Notes: a model not told the origin generated them from the sequence alone. Positions 37,341-45,436 are shown, numbered from the stretch's first letter. The stretch: DNA of 47,604 nucleotides from Tepidisphaeraceae bacterium (GCA_050011595.1 JBEKIV010000046.1:1-47604), one strand, 5' to 3'. Numbers and translations are program-made.

Positions 37341-38519
37341 ATGGGAGTTATGATGACGCCTGTTCGACAACCCCCTCAGACCGAGCGATCTCTTTCGCCG
37401 CGCGTGCTCGTCGTGGACGACGAGTTCGACGTGATCGAACTGCTCGGCGACGCCCTGGGCCGCAACGTCGATTGCCGCCTCCTTTCCGCCCCCAACTTTG
37501 CCCAGGCTTCACAGATCATTGAAACCCAGGCGGTCGATCTGCTGATCGTGGACCTGCATCTGCCCGACGGCAACGGCGCCGAACTCCTGGCCACCCTGCG
37601 CAAACATCATCCGCTGGCCAGCGCGATCGTGGTGACCGGCATGCCCAGCGTCGAGACCGCCGTCTGTGCCCTGCGGCACGGCGCGGTCGATTTTCTCGCC
37701 AAGCCCTTCACGCTCGATGAATTCCTCCGCCGCGTTCGCGCCGCCTTGCACCGCAACGCCCTGCACGCCAAGAGCGAGAGCCGCATCGACCGCCTTCGAC
37801 TTGCCGTGCGCCGTCTGAACGACGCCCGCAGGCTCGTCACCCGCAAGGTCGACCTCCTGTGCAACGACCTCGTCGCCGCCTACGGCGATCTTTCCCGGCA
37901 ACTCGATTTGGTCCGAACCACCGAATCGTTCCGCGGCGTGGTCGTCAGCTCCGACGATCTGGAACAGATGCTCTGCCATGCCATGGATTGGATTCTGCGC
38001 CAGATGGGCTACGCCAACGTGGCGATCTGGCTGGCAGGACCCGAGGCGGATTTCCAGCTTGGCGCCTACATGAAGTACACCATCGCCGGTGAGCCGGCGC
38101 TGACCGAGGCGATGCGTGACGGCCTGCTGCAAGTCCTTCGCCGCGACGGGATGATTCATCTCAACCCCGATGAAGCCGCCAAGCTGATGAGTCCCGCCGA
38201 GTCGCAGTTTCTTCGCAACCAGGCGATCCTCGGCATTCACTGCACCTATCTGGGCGAATCGATTGCCAGCATCGTCTTGTTCCGCGAGGGCGACAAGCCG
38301 TTCGGCTCCGACGATGCCGCCACCCTCCGCGCCATCTCGCCGGTGTTCGCCATCACGCTGGCAACCATGGTCCGCGGCGAGATCGACCCGAACGATACCG
38401 ACGACCCCCCCGACGATTACGATGGCCCGCTCATGGACGAACCGGATGATTCTTCTCCCCGCCGAAAGAAAAAAGACGACTCCGACTGGTGGAAGCGCGG
38501 CGAGCCGCCCCCGTTCTGA
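37341..38519 (+). CDS. Response regulator: receiver domain plus a roughly 250-aa uncharacterised C-terminal domain
   Basis: 392-aa ORF. The REC domain has VLVVDDEFD, LLIVDLHLPDGNG, VVTG and FLAKPF. The C-terminal part is not recognised (possibly GAF-like), with an acidic/Pro-rich tail. The start could be 37350 or 37353, which sit after GGGAG. Confidence 0.75.
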   Translation: MGVMMTPVRQPPQTERSLSPRVLVVDDEFDVIELLGDALGRNVDCRLLSAPNFAQASQIIETQAVDLLIVDLHLPDGNGAELLATLRKHHPLASAIVVTGMPSVETAVCALRHGAVDFLAKPFTLDEFLRRVRAALHRNALHAKSESRIDRLRLAVRRLNDARRLVTRKVDLLCNDLVAAYGDLSRQLDLVRTTESFRGVVVSSDDLEQMLCHAMDWILRQMGYANVAIWLAGPEADFQLGAYMKYTIAGEPALTEAMRDGLLQVLRRDGMIHLNPDEAAKLMSPAESQFLRNQAILGIHCTYLGESIASIVLFREGDKPFGSDDAATLRAISPVFAITLATMVRGEIDPNDTDDPPDDYDGPLMDEPDDSSPRRKKKDDSDWWKRGEPPPF

Positions 38520-39114
38520 CGGACCGCCGGCGCTGCCGCCGTCAAGAAAAAAATCGCCTCATTCGCCTCTTTTTTTCACGGGCCTTTTTTTCTTTTAATT
38601 AATCCAGTCCTGACGAAATCTTGATTGCCCCGGGCGCGGCGGGCCGATATTATCTCCATCGTACGGTTGTTCTGCTGATATCCGTGATTAGAGAGCATTA
38701 TTGGTTAAACCTATAATCAACCCCCGGGGATAGCTGCCGACGCCACGGCATGCCCGCTTAGACGGGAAGTTGGACGCGCCGGATAACGGGAGAAACCTCC
38801 TGCTTCGAGCAATCACCCACTTTGTTCAAAGGGTTTGATCAAACGCTTTCACACGATTTTGGCGGATCCCCCGTACTCCTTCACTTCCCGCGCCATGGCC
38901 ATCCTTGTCGCCTTGTCATTCAATTGCTATTTGCGTCCCGGCGGATCGCCCCCGGCGCGGGCAATCGCCCAATCCGGTCGGGAAAGCTGCAACTTTCCGC
39001 CCCCTTTGACCATCTATAAGATTATAACTCGTTCATTTTACGCCGGTTTGCCAAACGGGTCGTTTCGATGTCAGGCCTGGAAAATGATATAATTACGCGA
39101 CTAAGGAAACGCCA

Positions 39115-41103
39115 ATGAAGTATTGCAACCCATCTTATCTTGCCGTGTTCGCGGTAGTTGCCGGCATTCCATTTTTTGCCAAGCCCGTTGTCGGACAGAT
39201 ACGCGTTGATACCAGCGGCCACGCGATGGATGCCAACCCGCAGATTGGCAGCGGGGGATACAACCAGACTTCCAACACCTCGCAGGCAAGTTGGGGCCAG
39301 TACCAGAACGCATTGCTCAACAACAGTGTGGGTGGATTTGGCGTCGGCGGCCGCGCGTACAACGCCTTCAACCTCAGCGCCGGCTACACCAATCCATTCG
39401 GATTCCGCGGACTTATGGCCGGACAGGGCGTCGACCAATTCATCACCCTGTCCAACCCTGGATCCACCATGACCTATCCCACCGATTCTTCATCCAACCC
39501 ATACGCCTACGCGGCGCCATCGACGGACCAGCAGATCTTTTACGGGTTGACGAATCGCTCGGTCGCGCCTCCAGGATTGCCCGGCGCCGTCGGCAACCCC
39601 GCATACCTTCCCGCGCAACCGGTCGGCCAGCCGTCCGAAGACCTTCGCCTGGGCGCTATCGAATTCAGCGGCCAAAGTCAGGTCCTTCCCAAACCAACCG
39701 AAATGATCCTGCCCGGACCGGTCGATCCAACCGCCAATCCCACCACCCCCGCCCAGCAGCAGTTGTACGCCTCCACCATCTATGGCGTCTTGGCCTTCAA
39801 CCCCCAACAGCCCCAACAGCAAGACCAGAACAATCCGCAATCCGCCATCTTCGGCCCGTCCCCATTGCAGCAAGGTGGGGTTTCGCCTGCCCTTGCTCAA
39901 AACCCCATCCAGGCTCGTGTGAAAGAATTGCGACAGGAACTTGACGCTGAAAGCAAAAACGCCATCGGAACGCAAAATGCCTCCGGCACCTTCGGCGCGT
40001 CACTGCTCAAACCCATCCAACCCGGCGGTGAAAACTCCGATCTTAACCAGCCGTTGCCGGCCCTCGCTCCGGAAACCGGGGTGGTGGAGTCGCCCAACCT
40101 CGCCCCAGCAGCCGGTGACGTGAGCACCGGTCAATCCAACCGGCAGTATCTCCCCAATGACGCCAATTTGCCGCCGCCCACTCAGCAAAGCGCTCTGTAT
40201 GCCAGGCTCCGCCAAAGCATGGACGATTACAATTCCGCCAATTCCCTGACCGATGAGCAGGCCAACCGGAAATTCCAGGAGATTCTCCGCCTTCGCAACC
40301 TGGCAAGCGTCAACGCCGAACACGGCTCCAACGTATTGACCGGCCCCGGCGCGGCGGCAACGGCGAATCCCGGCGAACTCCCCGGCGGTATCCCCAATCC
40401 CGAAGAAACCATCAGACCCTTTCCCGGCCCCGAGCAAAGTACTCATTTCGCCAAGCCGGGATTCACCACCATGCCCAGCAACATGGGCGCCGTGCCCGGC
40501 GTTGGCTTGCCGCCCGTTTCCGCCCCGCCCGTGCCCATCGAAAGCTTCGCCACTGGAATACAATCCAAGGGTTTGGCCGGCCTGATCGCCAATGCGGAAC
40601 TCAACGTTGAGCAACATCATTACGACAAGGCCATCGCCCAATATAACGCGGCCATCGATGTCGCCCCGAACAATCCGCTGATTCTCATGGCCCGCGCCAC
40701 CGCCGAGCTTGGCGGTGGATATTACGCCCAGGCCAACTCCGACATACACTTCGCCGTCGCTCAGGACCCCGCCGTCCTCATGGGGCAGTACGACCTGCAA
40801 AAACATCTCGGCGCCGATCGCCTCAAGTCCCTCCTGGCCGATCTGAAGCAGATGGCCAAGCAGTCCAACGACGACACGCTCCACGCTTTCCTGCTCACCT
40901 TCGCCTATTACAACTCCCAGCACCTCGCGCTGGCGGTGGATTGGCTGGATATCGCCGACAAACGCGCTAAAGGTCAGGACCTGGCCATCGTACAGATGAA
41001 AAGATATTGGAATTTCACCGAAGACCAGCAGCCCGCTCTGACGCCGCCCGCCGCCAAGCCCAGTTCCGCCGCGCCCTCAACGCGTCCGGCCGGCAAGAAC
41101 TAG
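39115..41103 (+). CDS. Secreted hypothetical protein: Gln/Pro/Asn-rich low-complexity region plus C-terminal TPR-like repeats
   Basis: 662-aa ORF with the signal peptide MKYCNPSYLAVFAVVAGIPFFAKPVVGQ. The C-terminal region AIAQYNAAIDVAPNNPLILMARATAELGGGYYAQANSDIHFAVAQDP is TPR-like. Its TAG stop is the first three bases of the MITE. Confidence 0.65.
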   Translation: MKYCNPSYLAVFAVVAGIPFFAKPVVGQIRVDTSGHAMDANPQIGSGGYNQTSNTSQASWGQYQNALLNNSVGGFGVGGRAYNAFNLSAGYTNPFGFRGLMAGQGVDQFITLSNPGSTMTYPTDSSSNPYAYAAPSTDQQIFYGLTNRSVAPPGLPGAVGNPAYLPAQPVGQPSEDLRLGAIEFSGQSQVLPKPTEMILPGPVDPTANPTTPAQQQLYASTIYGVLAFNPQQPQQQDQNNPQSAIFGPSPLQQGGVSPALAQNPIQARVKELRQELDAESKNAIGTQNASGTFGASLLKPIQPGGENSDLNQPLPALAPETGVVESPNLAPAAGDVSTGQSNRQYLPNDANLPPPTQQSALYARLRQSMDDYNSANSLTDEQANRKFQEILRLRNLASVNAEHGSNVLTGPGAAATANPGELPGGIPNPEETIRPFPGPEQSTHFAKPGFTTMPSNMGAVPGVGLPPVSAPPVPIESFATGIQSKGLAGLIANAELNVEQHHYDKAIAQYNAAIDVAPNNPLILMARATAELGGGYYAQANSDIHFAVAQDPAVLMGQYDLQKHLGADRLKSLLADLKQMAKQSNDDTLHAFLLTFAYYNSQHLALAVDWLDIADKRAKGQDLAIVQMKRYWNFTEDQQPALTPPAAKPSSAAPSTRPAGKN

Positions 41104-41379
41104 AGCACGTTGCAAGTCGGTGTACACCGGTCAAAATCCACCCGCGCGAATTCTGTCCGGAACGCCCACGGCGCTGCCTCATCCTTACCCACAATTGTCC
41201 GGACCCCGCTTACGTCCGCGGAAAAGAGGGTTGTGCCTGCCGATTTCAGGGCTGGAATCCGCGTTCCTGTTATGGAAAGCGAGCCCACCCTGAGATGCCA
41301 CCCTGAGATGTGGGTAAGGATGAGGCGCTGCCGTGGGTCTTTCTTCGCGAAAGACTACGTCGACCTGCAACCCGCTCTA
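41101..41379. mobile_element. MITE copy 2 (279 bp: the 125-bp unit plus a 145-bp nested insert plus a 9-bp duplication)
   Basis: It has the same termini as 6684-6808 and about 6 substitutions across the shared 125 nt by hand alignment. It is interrupted within the central hairpin. Confidence 0.7.
41179..41323. mobile_element. Nested 145-bp MITE-like insert with perfect 15-bp TIRs and a 9-bp TSD
   Basis: The TIRs tcatccttacccaca (41179-41193) and tgtgggtaaggatga (41309-41323) are exact reverse complements. The flanking direct repeats ggcgctgcc sit at 41170-41178 and 41324-41332. The uninterrupted copy has a single ggcgctgcc at 6753-6761. Confidence 0.75.
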
Positions 41380-41442
41380 ACCGAGCGTCTACCACCGGCT
41401 ATCCCCTTCCCAAGCTCCGCATGGATAAGCGGCGCCGCGCAT

Positions 41443-41473
41443 AAAAAAGGCCCCGGACGGGGGGATCCGGGGC
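41443..41473 (-). terminator. Intrinsic terminator oriented on the minus strand
   Basis: Minus-strand reading: gccccgga-tccccccg-tccggggc (8-bp GC stem) followed by cTTTTTT. The plus strand has no U-tract after the stem. Confidence 0.55.
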
Positions 41474-41700
41474 GTAACTCCCTTTAGGAAGGGAGGTCGT
41501 CCAAGGGGGTGCTTGGACGGTTGAGGGCCTTAAAAATCGTTTGGAGTTCAACTCCCCCAAACGCATATTTTCTCAAACTTACCCGTCTTCCGCCTCTTGA
41601 AGGTGAAGACGCAACATCCGAAATATTAGCGGCACGTACACAAAATGCAAGGGGTAATTTGAGCCGCTTCATGTCCACCCCATCATGGCTCAGGTAACAC
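41443..41700 (-). ncRNA. Candidate structured small RNA (family unknown)
   Basis: Five consecutive hairpins precede the terminator. Minus-strand reading: AGCGGC...GCCGCU, CGUCUUC...GAAGACG, CGUUUGG...CCAAACG, CGUCCAAG-CACCCC-CUUGGACG and CUCCCUU-CCUA-AAGGGAG. The local GC content is low, and the only ORF (41484..41678) has atypical codons and no usable RBS. The 5' end is not defined. Confidence 0.3.
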
Positions 41701-41971
41701 CATAATCCAAAGTGGGTTACATATCTCCTATCAGGCGTCCGGAATATGTCGATTCCGCCGCATTTTATCGGGCATCCCGGCGGCGATGGTGAATCGCGCC
41801 GCTGATTCCATCCAGGTCAATCCCTCAAGGATGTTTTGGCAAATTGCCGCAGTTTGTTACGCTCTTGGAGGACTGACGCCGGAGCCACGATGTCTGTTAA
41901 TATTTGGTAATCTTCTTGATGTCATGCCGGTACCCCATACACTCTCGATGGTTGTGAAGAGTTAACGAAGT

Positions 41972-42835
41972 ATGAGCAGAATTGCGCTCTCGCTATCGAC
42001 GCCCTCGCCTTCTACCCAGGCCGCACTCCCCCCCGCCGGAGACGTCGCCACCGCCACGCCCCAGGACATGGTCAACCCCGCTGATATTCTCATCCAGGCT
42101 CGAAATGTCAGCGTCTTTTACGGCGCCCACGAGGCCGTCAAGGCCGCCTCACTCTCCATGCCCCGAAACCGCGTCATCGCATTGATCGGGCCCAGCGGGT
42201 GCGGCAAAACCACCTTTCTTCGTTCCATCAATCGCCTGAACGACCTCATCCCAGGCTGCCGAGTCGAGGGAGAATTGCTCGTCTCCGGCCAGAACATCTA
42301 CGAACCCAATGTGGACCTGGTTGCCCTTCGACAGCAGATCGGCCTGGTTTTCCAAAAGCCCAATCCGTTTCCCAAGTCCATCTATGACAACATCGCCTAC
42401 GGCCCGCGGCTCCAGGGCATCACCCGCCGCGCGGAATTGGACGGCATCGTCGAGGACTGCCTCCAGAAGGCCGCGCTTTGGGAAGAGGTCAAGGACCGCC
42501 TCAAAACCAGCGCCTTGGGAATGTCCGGCGGACAGCAGCAACGACTCTGCATCGCCCGCGCCCTGGCAACCCGCCCCACCATCCTCCTCATGGACGAACC
42601 CTGCAGCGCCCTCGACCCCATCGCCTCCACCAAGATCGAAGACCTCATGACCGGCCTCCGCGCCAATTACACCATCGTCATCGTCACCCACAACATGCAG
42701 CAGGCCGCCAGGGTCAGCGATCTTACCGCTTTTTTCCTCATGGGGGCCTTGGTGGAGTATAATACCACTCAGGAGATATTCACCACCCCGAAGGAGAAGC
42801 AGACCGAGAACTACGTCAGAGGGATTTTCGGCTGA
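41972..42835 (+). CDS. pstB: Phosphate ABC transporter ATP-binding protein
   Basis: 287-aa ORF with Walker [10 protein letters not shown], the PstB-typical [17 protein letters not shown] and [17 protein letters not shown], the signature [13 protein letters not shown], and Walker B ILLMDEP. Confidence 0.92.
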   Translation: MSRIALSLSTPSPSTQAALPPAGDVATATPQDMVNPADILIQARNVSVFYGAHEAVKAASLSMPRNRVIALIGPSGCGKTTFLRSINRLNDLIPGCRVEGELLVSGQNIYEPNVDLVALRQQIGLVFQKPNPFPKSIYDNIAYGPRLQGITRRAELDGIVEDCLQKAALWEEVKDRLKTSALGMSGGQQQRLCIARALATRPTILLMDEPCSALDPIASTKIEDLMTGLRANYTIVIVTHNMQQAARVSDLTAFFLMGALVEYNTTQEIFTTPKEKQTENYVRGIFG

Positions 42836-42864
42836 AATGAAATTCAGTCGATCACCAAGGCCGC

Positions 42865-43524
42865 ATGTCACATCATCTGACCGATCTTCTTGAAAACCTG
42901 CGAACACAGGTGGCTCGCATGACGACGCTGGTCCTGCAGGTTGTCGAGCAGGCTTGCGATGCCGTCTTCACCGCCGATTCCAAGCTCGCACAGGAAACCA
43001 TCGGCCTCGATCAGCGCATCGACGACGAGGAGGTCCGCGTCGAGAAGAGCGCCATCGATCTCCTGGCCCTTCAACAGCCCGCCGCCGTCGATCTGCGCAC
43101 CGTCACCACAATCATCAAGGTCAACTCCGATTTCGAACGCATCGCCGATTGCGCCGTCAACATCGCCCAGCGCGTCCTGCCCCTTTCCCAGATGCCCGAT
43201 TACGTGCCCCCCGACGACTTGAAGCTCATGGCCAACACCGTCATGGCCACCCTCCGCGACACCATCAAGGCGTTCAATCTGCGCGACGAGGACCTCGCCC
43301 GCCACGTCATCAAGAGCGACGACGTCGTTGATGCCCTCTATCACCAGATCGTCCAGGACATGATCTGCCTCATGGAAACCGACGGCCAGAAGGCCAACGC
43401 CGAGCTTGGCAACATCATGATCGCCAAGAACCTGGAGCGCATCGCCGACCACTGCACCAACATCGCCGAGGACGTCGTCTACATTCACACCGGCCGCATC
43501 ATCCGGCACCTCCACGCCGTGTAG
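42865..43524 (+). CDS. phoU: Phosphate signalling complex protein PhoU
   Basis: 219-aa ORF with two PhoU repeats, each ending in the E/D-R-I-A/G-D-x-x-x-N-I-A motif (FERIADCAVNIA and LERIADHCTNIAE). Confidence 0.9.
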   Translation: MSHHLTDLLENLRTQVARMTTLVLQVVEQACDAVFTADSKLAQETIGLDQRIDDEEVRVEKSAIDLLALQQPAAVDLRTVTTIIKVNSDFERIADCAVNIAQRVLPLSQMPDYVPPDDLKLMANTVMATLRDTIKAFNLRDEDLARHVIKSDDVVDALYHQIVQDMICLMETDGQKANAELGNIMIAKNLERIADHCTNIAEDVVYIHTGRIIRHLHAV

Positions 43525-43563
43525 CGATTGATGAGGTGCCCCGCCTGGCGCTGTATGGATTCC

Positions 43564-43592
43564 GTGTAGCCGGCGAGCTTGCTCGCCGTATT
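43564..43592. repeat. Orphan REP half-site (single arm)
   Basis: gtgtagccggcgagcttgctcgccgtatt is identical over 29 nt to the left arm of the 28186 REP. It starts 40 nt after the phoU stop, between convergent genes. Confidence 0.75.
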
Positions 43593-43607
43593 GATCCAAA
43601 CGTCGCG

Positions 43608-43967
43608 TCAAAGCGATTTCGCATATTCAATCATGCCTTGAAAATCGACAACGACCGCAACTTCGTCGCCGACGACCCAGGCATCGTGGCCGGAGGGCAA
43701 GAGGGAAACGTCGCCCGGCTTGCAGTCGAACTCCGTGCCATCGTCCATGCGAACCCGCAGCACGCCTGAAACGTGATACTGGAAATGCGGAGCTTCGCAA
43801 CTTTTGGTCTTGGCAATCGGCTGAATTGACGTGGCCCATCGCCAGCCCGGCTCGAAGATGGCTCGGCCAACTGTCGCGCCGCCGACCTTGATCAACTCCA
43901 ATCTGCCTTTGGGAAACTTCCGAACCTCATCCGGTTTACCGAAGTTCTTCAATTCCGCTTTCTTCAT
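43608..43967 (-). CDS. Cupin-domain protein
   Basis: Trimmed to Met29 (MKKAELKNFGKPDEV...), which is preceded by AAAGGAGA. The cupin-like core is HFQYHVSGVLRVRMDDGTEFDCKPGDVSLLPSGHDAWVVGDE. Confidence 0.7.
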   Translation of the reverse strand: MKKAELKNFGKPDEVRKFPKGRLELIKVGGATVGRAIFEPGWRWATSIQPIAKTKSCEAPHFQYHVSGVLRVRMDDGTEFDCKPGDVSLLPSGHDAWVVGDEVAVVVDFQGMIEYAKSL

Positions 43968-44143
43968 ATGTCTCCTTTCCGTTCCTCGATGGCGATTGCG
44001 AGAAACTCGATACGCCCAAGGCATCGAAAGCGGAGCCTTGGCTATCCACACGTGGTTGATTCCGTGCTCACGCGAACAGTTTAGGCATGGAGCGAGTGGA
44101 TAGTCGAGGGCTGGGGGCAGTGCGCGACATCCCCATTCCTCGC

Positions 44144-44416
44144 TCAGCTTGGCTTCGTGGTCGACTTTCCATGGTGACGGTGATGGCGGCGGTGATGGTG
44201 ACGGCGCCAGTGGCGATGGTGCCGGTGATGGTGATGCCGCCAGCGCCGGTGATGGTGGCGGTGGCGCCGGTGGTGATGCTTATGGGCCGGTCGGCTGGTG
44301 GCTCCGTTGGCGGATGCACCATTGCCCGATGGGTTCGGGTTGGACGCCGTTGCCATGCAGGGGATAAACCCGGCAAACAGTGCAATCAAGATTAAAATTG
44401 TGACCTTACGGCTCAT
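44144..44416 (-). CDS. Small secreted His/Arg-rich protein
   Basis: 90-aa ORF with the signal peptide MSRKVTILILIALFAGFIPCMA, a Gly/Asn/Ser/Ala linker, and then a 40-residue tract HKHHHRRHRHHHRRWRHHHHRHHRHWRRHHHRRHHRHHGK (22 His, 13 Arg, 2 Trp by hand count). AAGGAG lies 13 nt upstream of the ATG. The two alternative frames lack any signal peptide. Confidence 0.55.
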   Translation of the reverse strand: MSRKVTILILIALFAGFIPCMATASNPNPSGNGASANGATSRPAHKHHHRRHRHHHRRWRHHHHRHHRHWRRHHHRRHHRHHGKSTTKPS

Positions 44417-44478
44417 GCTTGACCCCGTTCTCCTTGAAAATCTCCGAGCAAGATATATGCATGATTGCGATGGTTGAA

Positions 44479-45306
44479 TTATTTCTTACCGGCGGCGACC
44501 CAGTCGTCGATCGCTTGACCCAACTCGGGGTTGGACAATAGGTCGGCCATTTCGTTTTCCATCCAGTGACGCAGGCAGGGGATTGGATCCATTCCCGCAA
44601 CCAGTTTGCGCGCCTCATCCTCCAGCGCGGACTGCTGATCCCCGTATTCTTCCGCCGAGAGGCGATGGACTCGCGTCAGCAGTTGATTCACCTTGGAGAC
44701 AATCTTCGGCGGCTTCCCCGGATTTACGCCGCCGCTGAGCATGCCCAACTCTTTGGACGTGTCATCTCGCAGAGATGCGAAATCATCATCGGAAAGATCA
44801 CGGCTCTGATGCACCGCATCGAGAAGCAGTTCGGTGGGATCGTCGATATCCTCCGCATTTTGGCCGATGTAACCGGCAACCTGCTTGACTGAAAGCGTCT
44901 TGAGAAAAGTGACGGCCTTGGTCTTGGCGGACTCGGATTGCTCCACATCCGGCTCGGAATCGGGGTCTTGTTTGTCTGCCGCATCGCCGATCTTGTCTTC
45001 GGCGCTGTCGATCCTGTCTTCGTCTTTGCTGAGCAGCGCGTCGCGCATATCTTTCATCGCGGCGTTGTAATCGGCCGTGACAGGTGCTGGCGTATCCGAG
45101 AGCGTGCCAGCCGTGTCCGAGGCCAAGTCCTTTAAGGCCGATAGTTGTTCTGGCGTCAGGTTCAGATCATGCAACGTGGAAAGCGCGTCGACCTGAAGTT
45201 CCAACTTCACCTCGCCGGATGGCTTGTCTGTTTGCGCCTGGAGAAAGCGACTTCCGATGAACAGCCAAAGCGCCGCGGCAAAGAACAAGGTGTATGGGTT
45301 TCGCAT
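44479..45306 (-). CDS. Secreted, strongly acidic hypothetical protein
   Basis: 275-aa ORF with the signal peptide MRNPYTLFFAAALWLFIGSRFLQA. A hand count of the mature part gives roughly 52 Asp+Glu against about 26 Lys+Arg. No family recognised. Confidence 0.6.
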   Translation of the reverse strand: MRNPYTLFFAAALWLFIGSRFLQAQTDKPSGEVKLELQVDALSTLHDLNLTPEQLSALKDLASDTAGTLSDTPAPVTADYNAAMKDMRDALLSKDEDRIDSAEDKIGDAADKQDPDSEPDVEQSESAKTKAVTFLKTLSVKQVAGYIGQNAEDIDDPTELLLDAVHQSRDLSDDDFASLRDDTSKELGMLSGGVNPGKPPKIVSKVNQLLTRVHRLSAEEYGDQQSALEDEARKLVAGMDPIPCLRHWMENEMADLLSNPELGQAIDDWVAAGKK

Positions 45307-45436
45307 GGGACAGAATTTCCCTAATGAGCCCTTATCTGATCAAACGTCCAGCCACGATTAATATTCCAAGCAATTTCGATTTATTTTGGCGATCTTGCCC
45401 ACGGAATACAAGGCGACCCGGACGCCGTGCGGATAC

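Noticed and set aside
38545-38600. A/T homopolymer tract after the response-regulator gene as an intrinsic terminator
   Set aside because: The only possible stems are A:U runs pairing with either of two T-tracts, and there is no GC-rich hairpin. It may still be a termination or AT-rich promoter zone, but I cannot support a specific terminator call.
41484-41678. 64-aa ORF on the minus strand inside the structured region
   Set aside because: Its codon usage is dominated by rare A/T-ending codons for this genome. The G-rich stretch upstream is only 1-2 nt from the ATG, and the sequence is better explained as stacked RNA hairpins.
44068-44395. Alternative frames over the His/Arg repeat: 44068..44385(-) (Thr/Ile/Gly/Ala-rich), 44087..44395(+) (Val/Met/Ala/Pro-rich) and 44149..44367(+)
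   Set aside because: None has a signal peptide or an RBS. Only the 44144..44416 frame combines AAGGAG, an ATG and a Sec signal. They are recorded because low-complexity DNA makes the frame choice less certain than usual.
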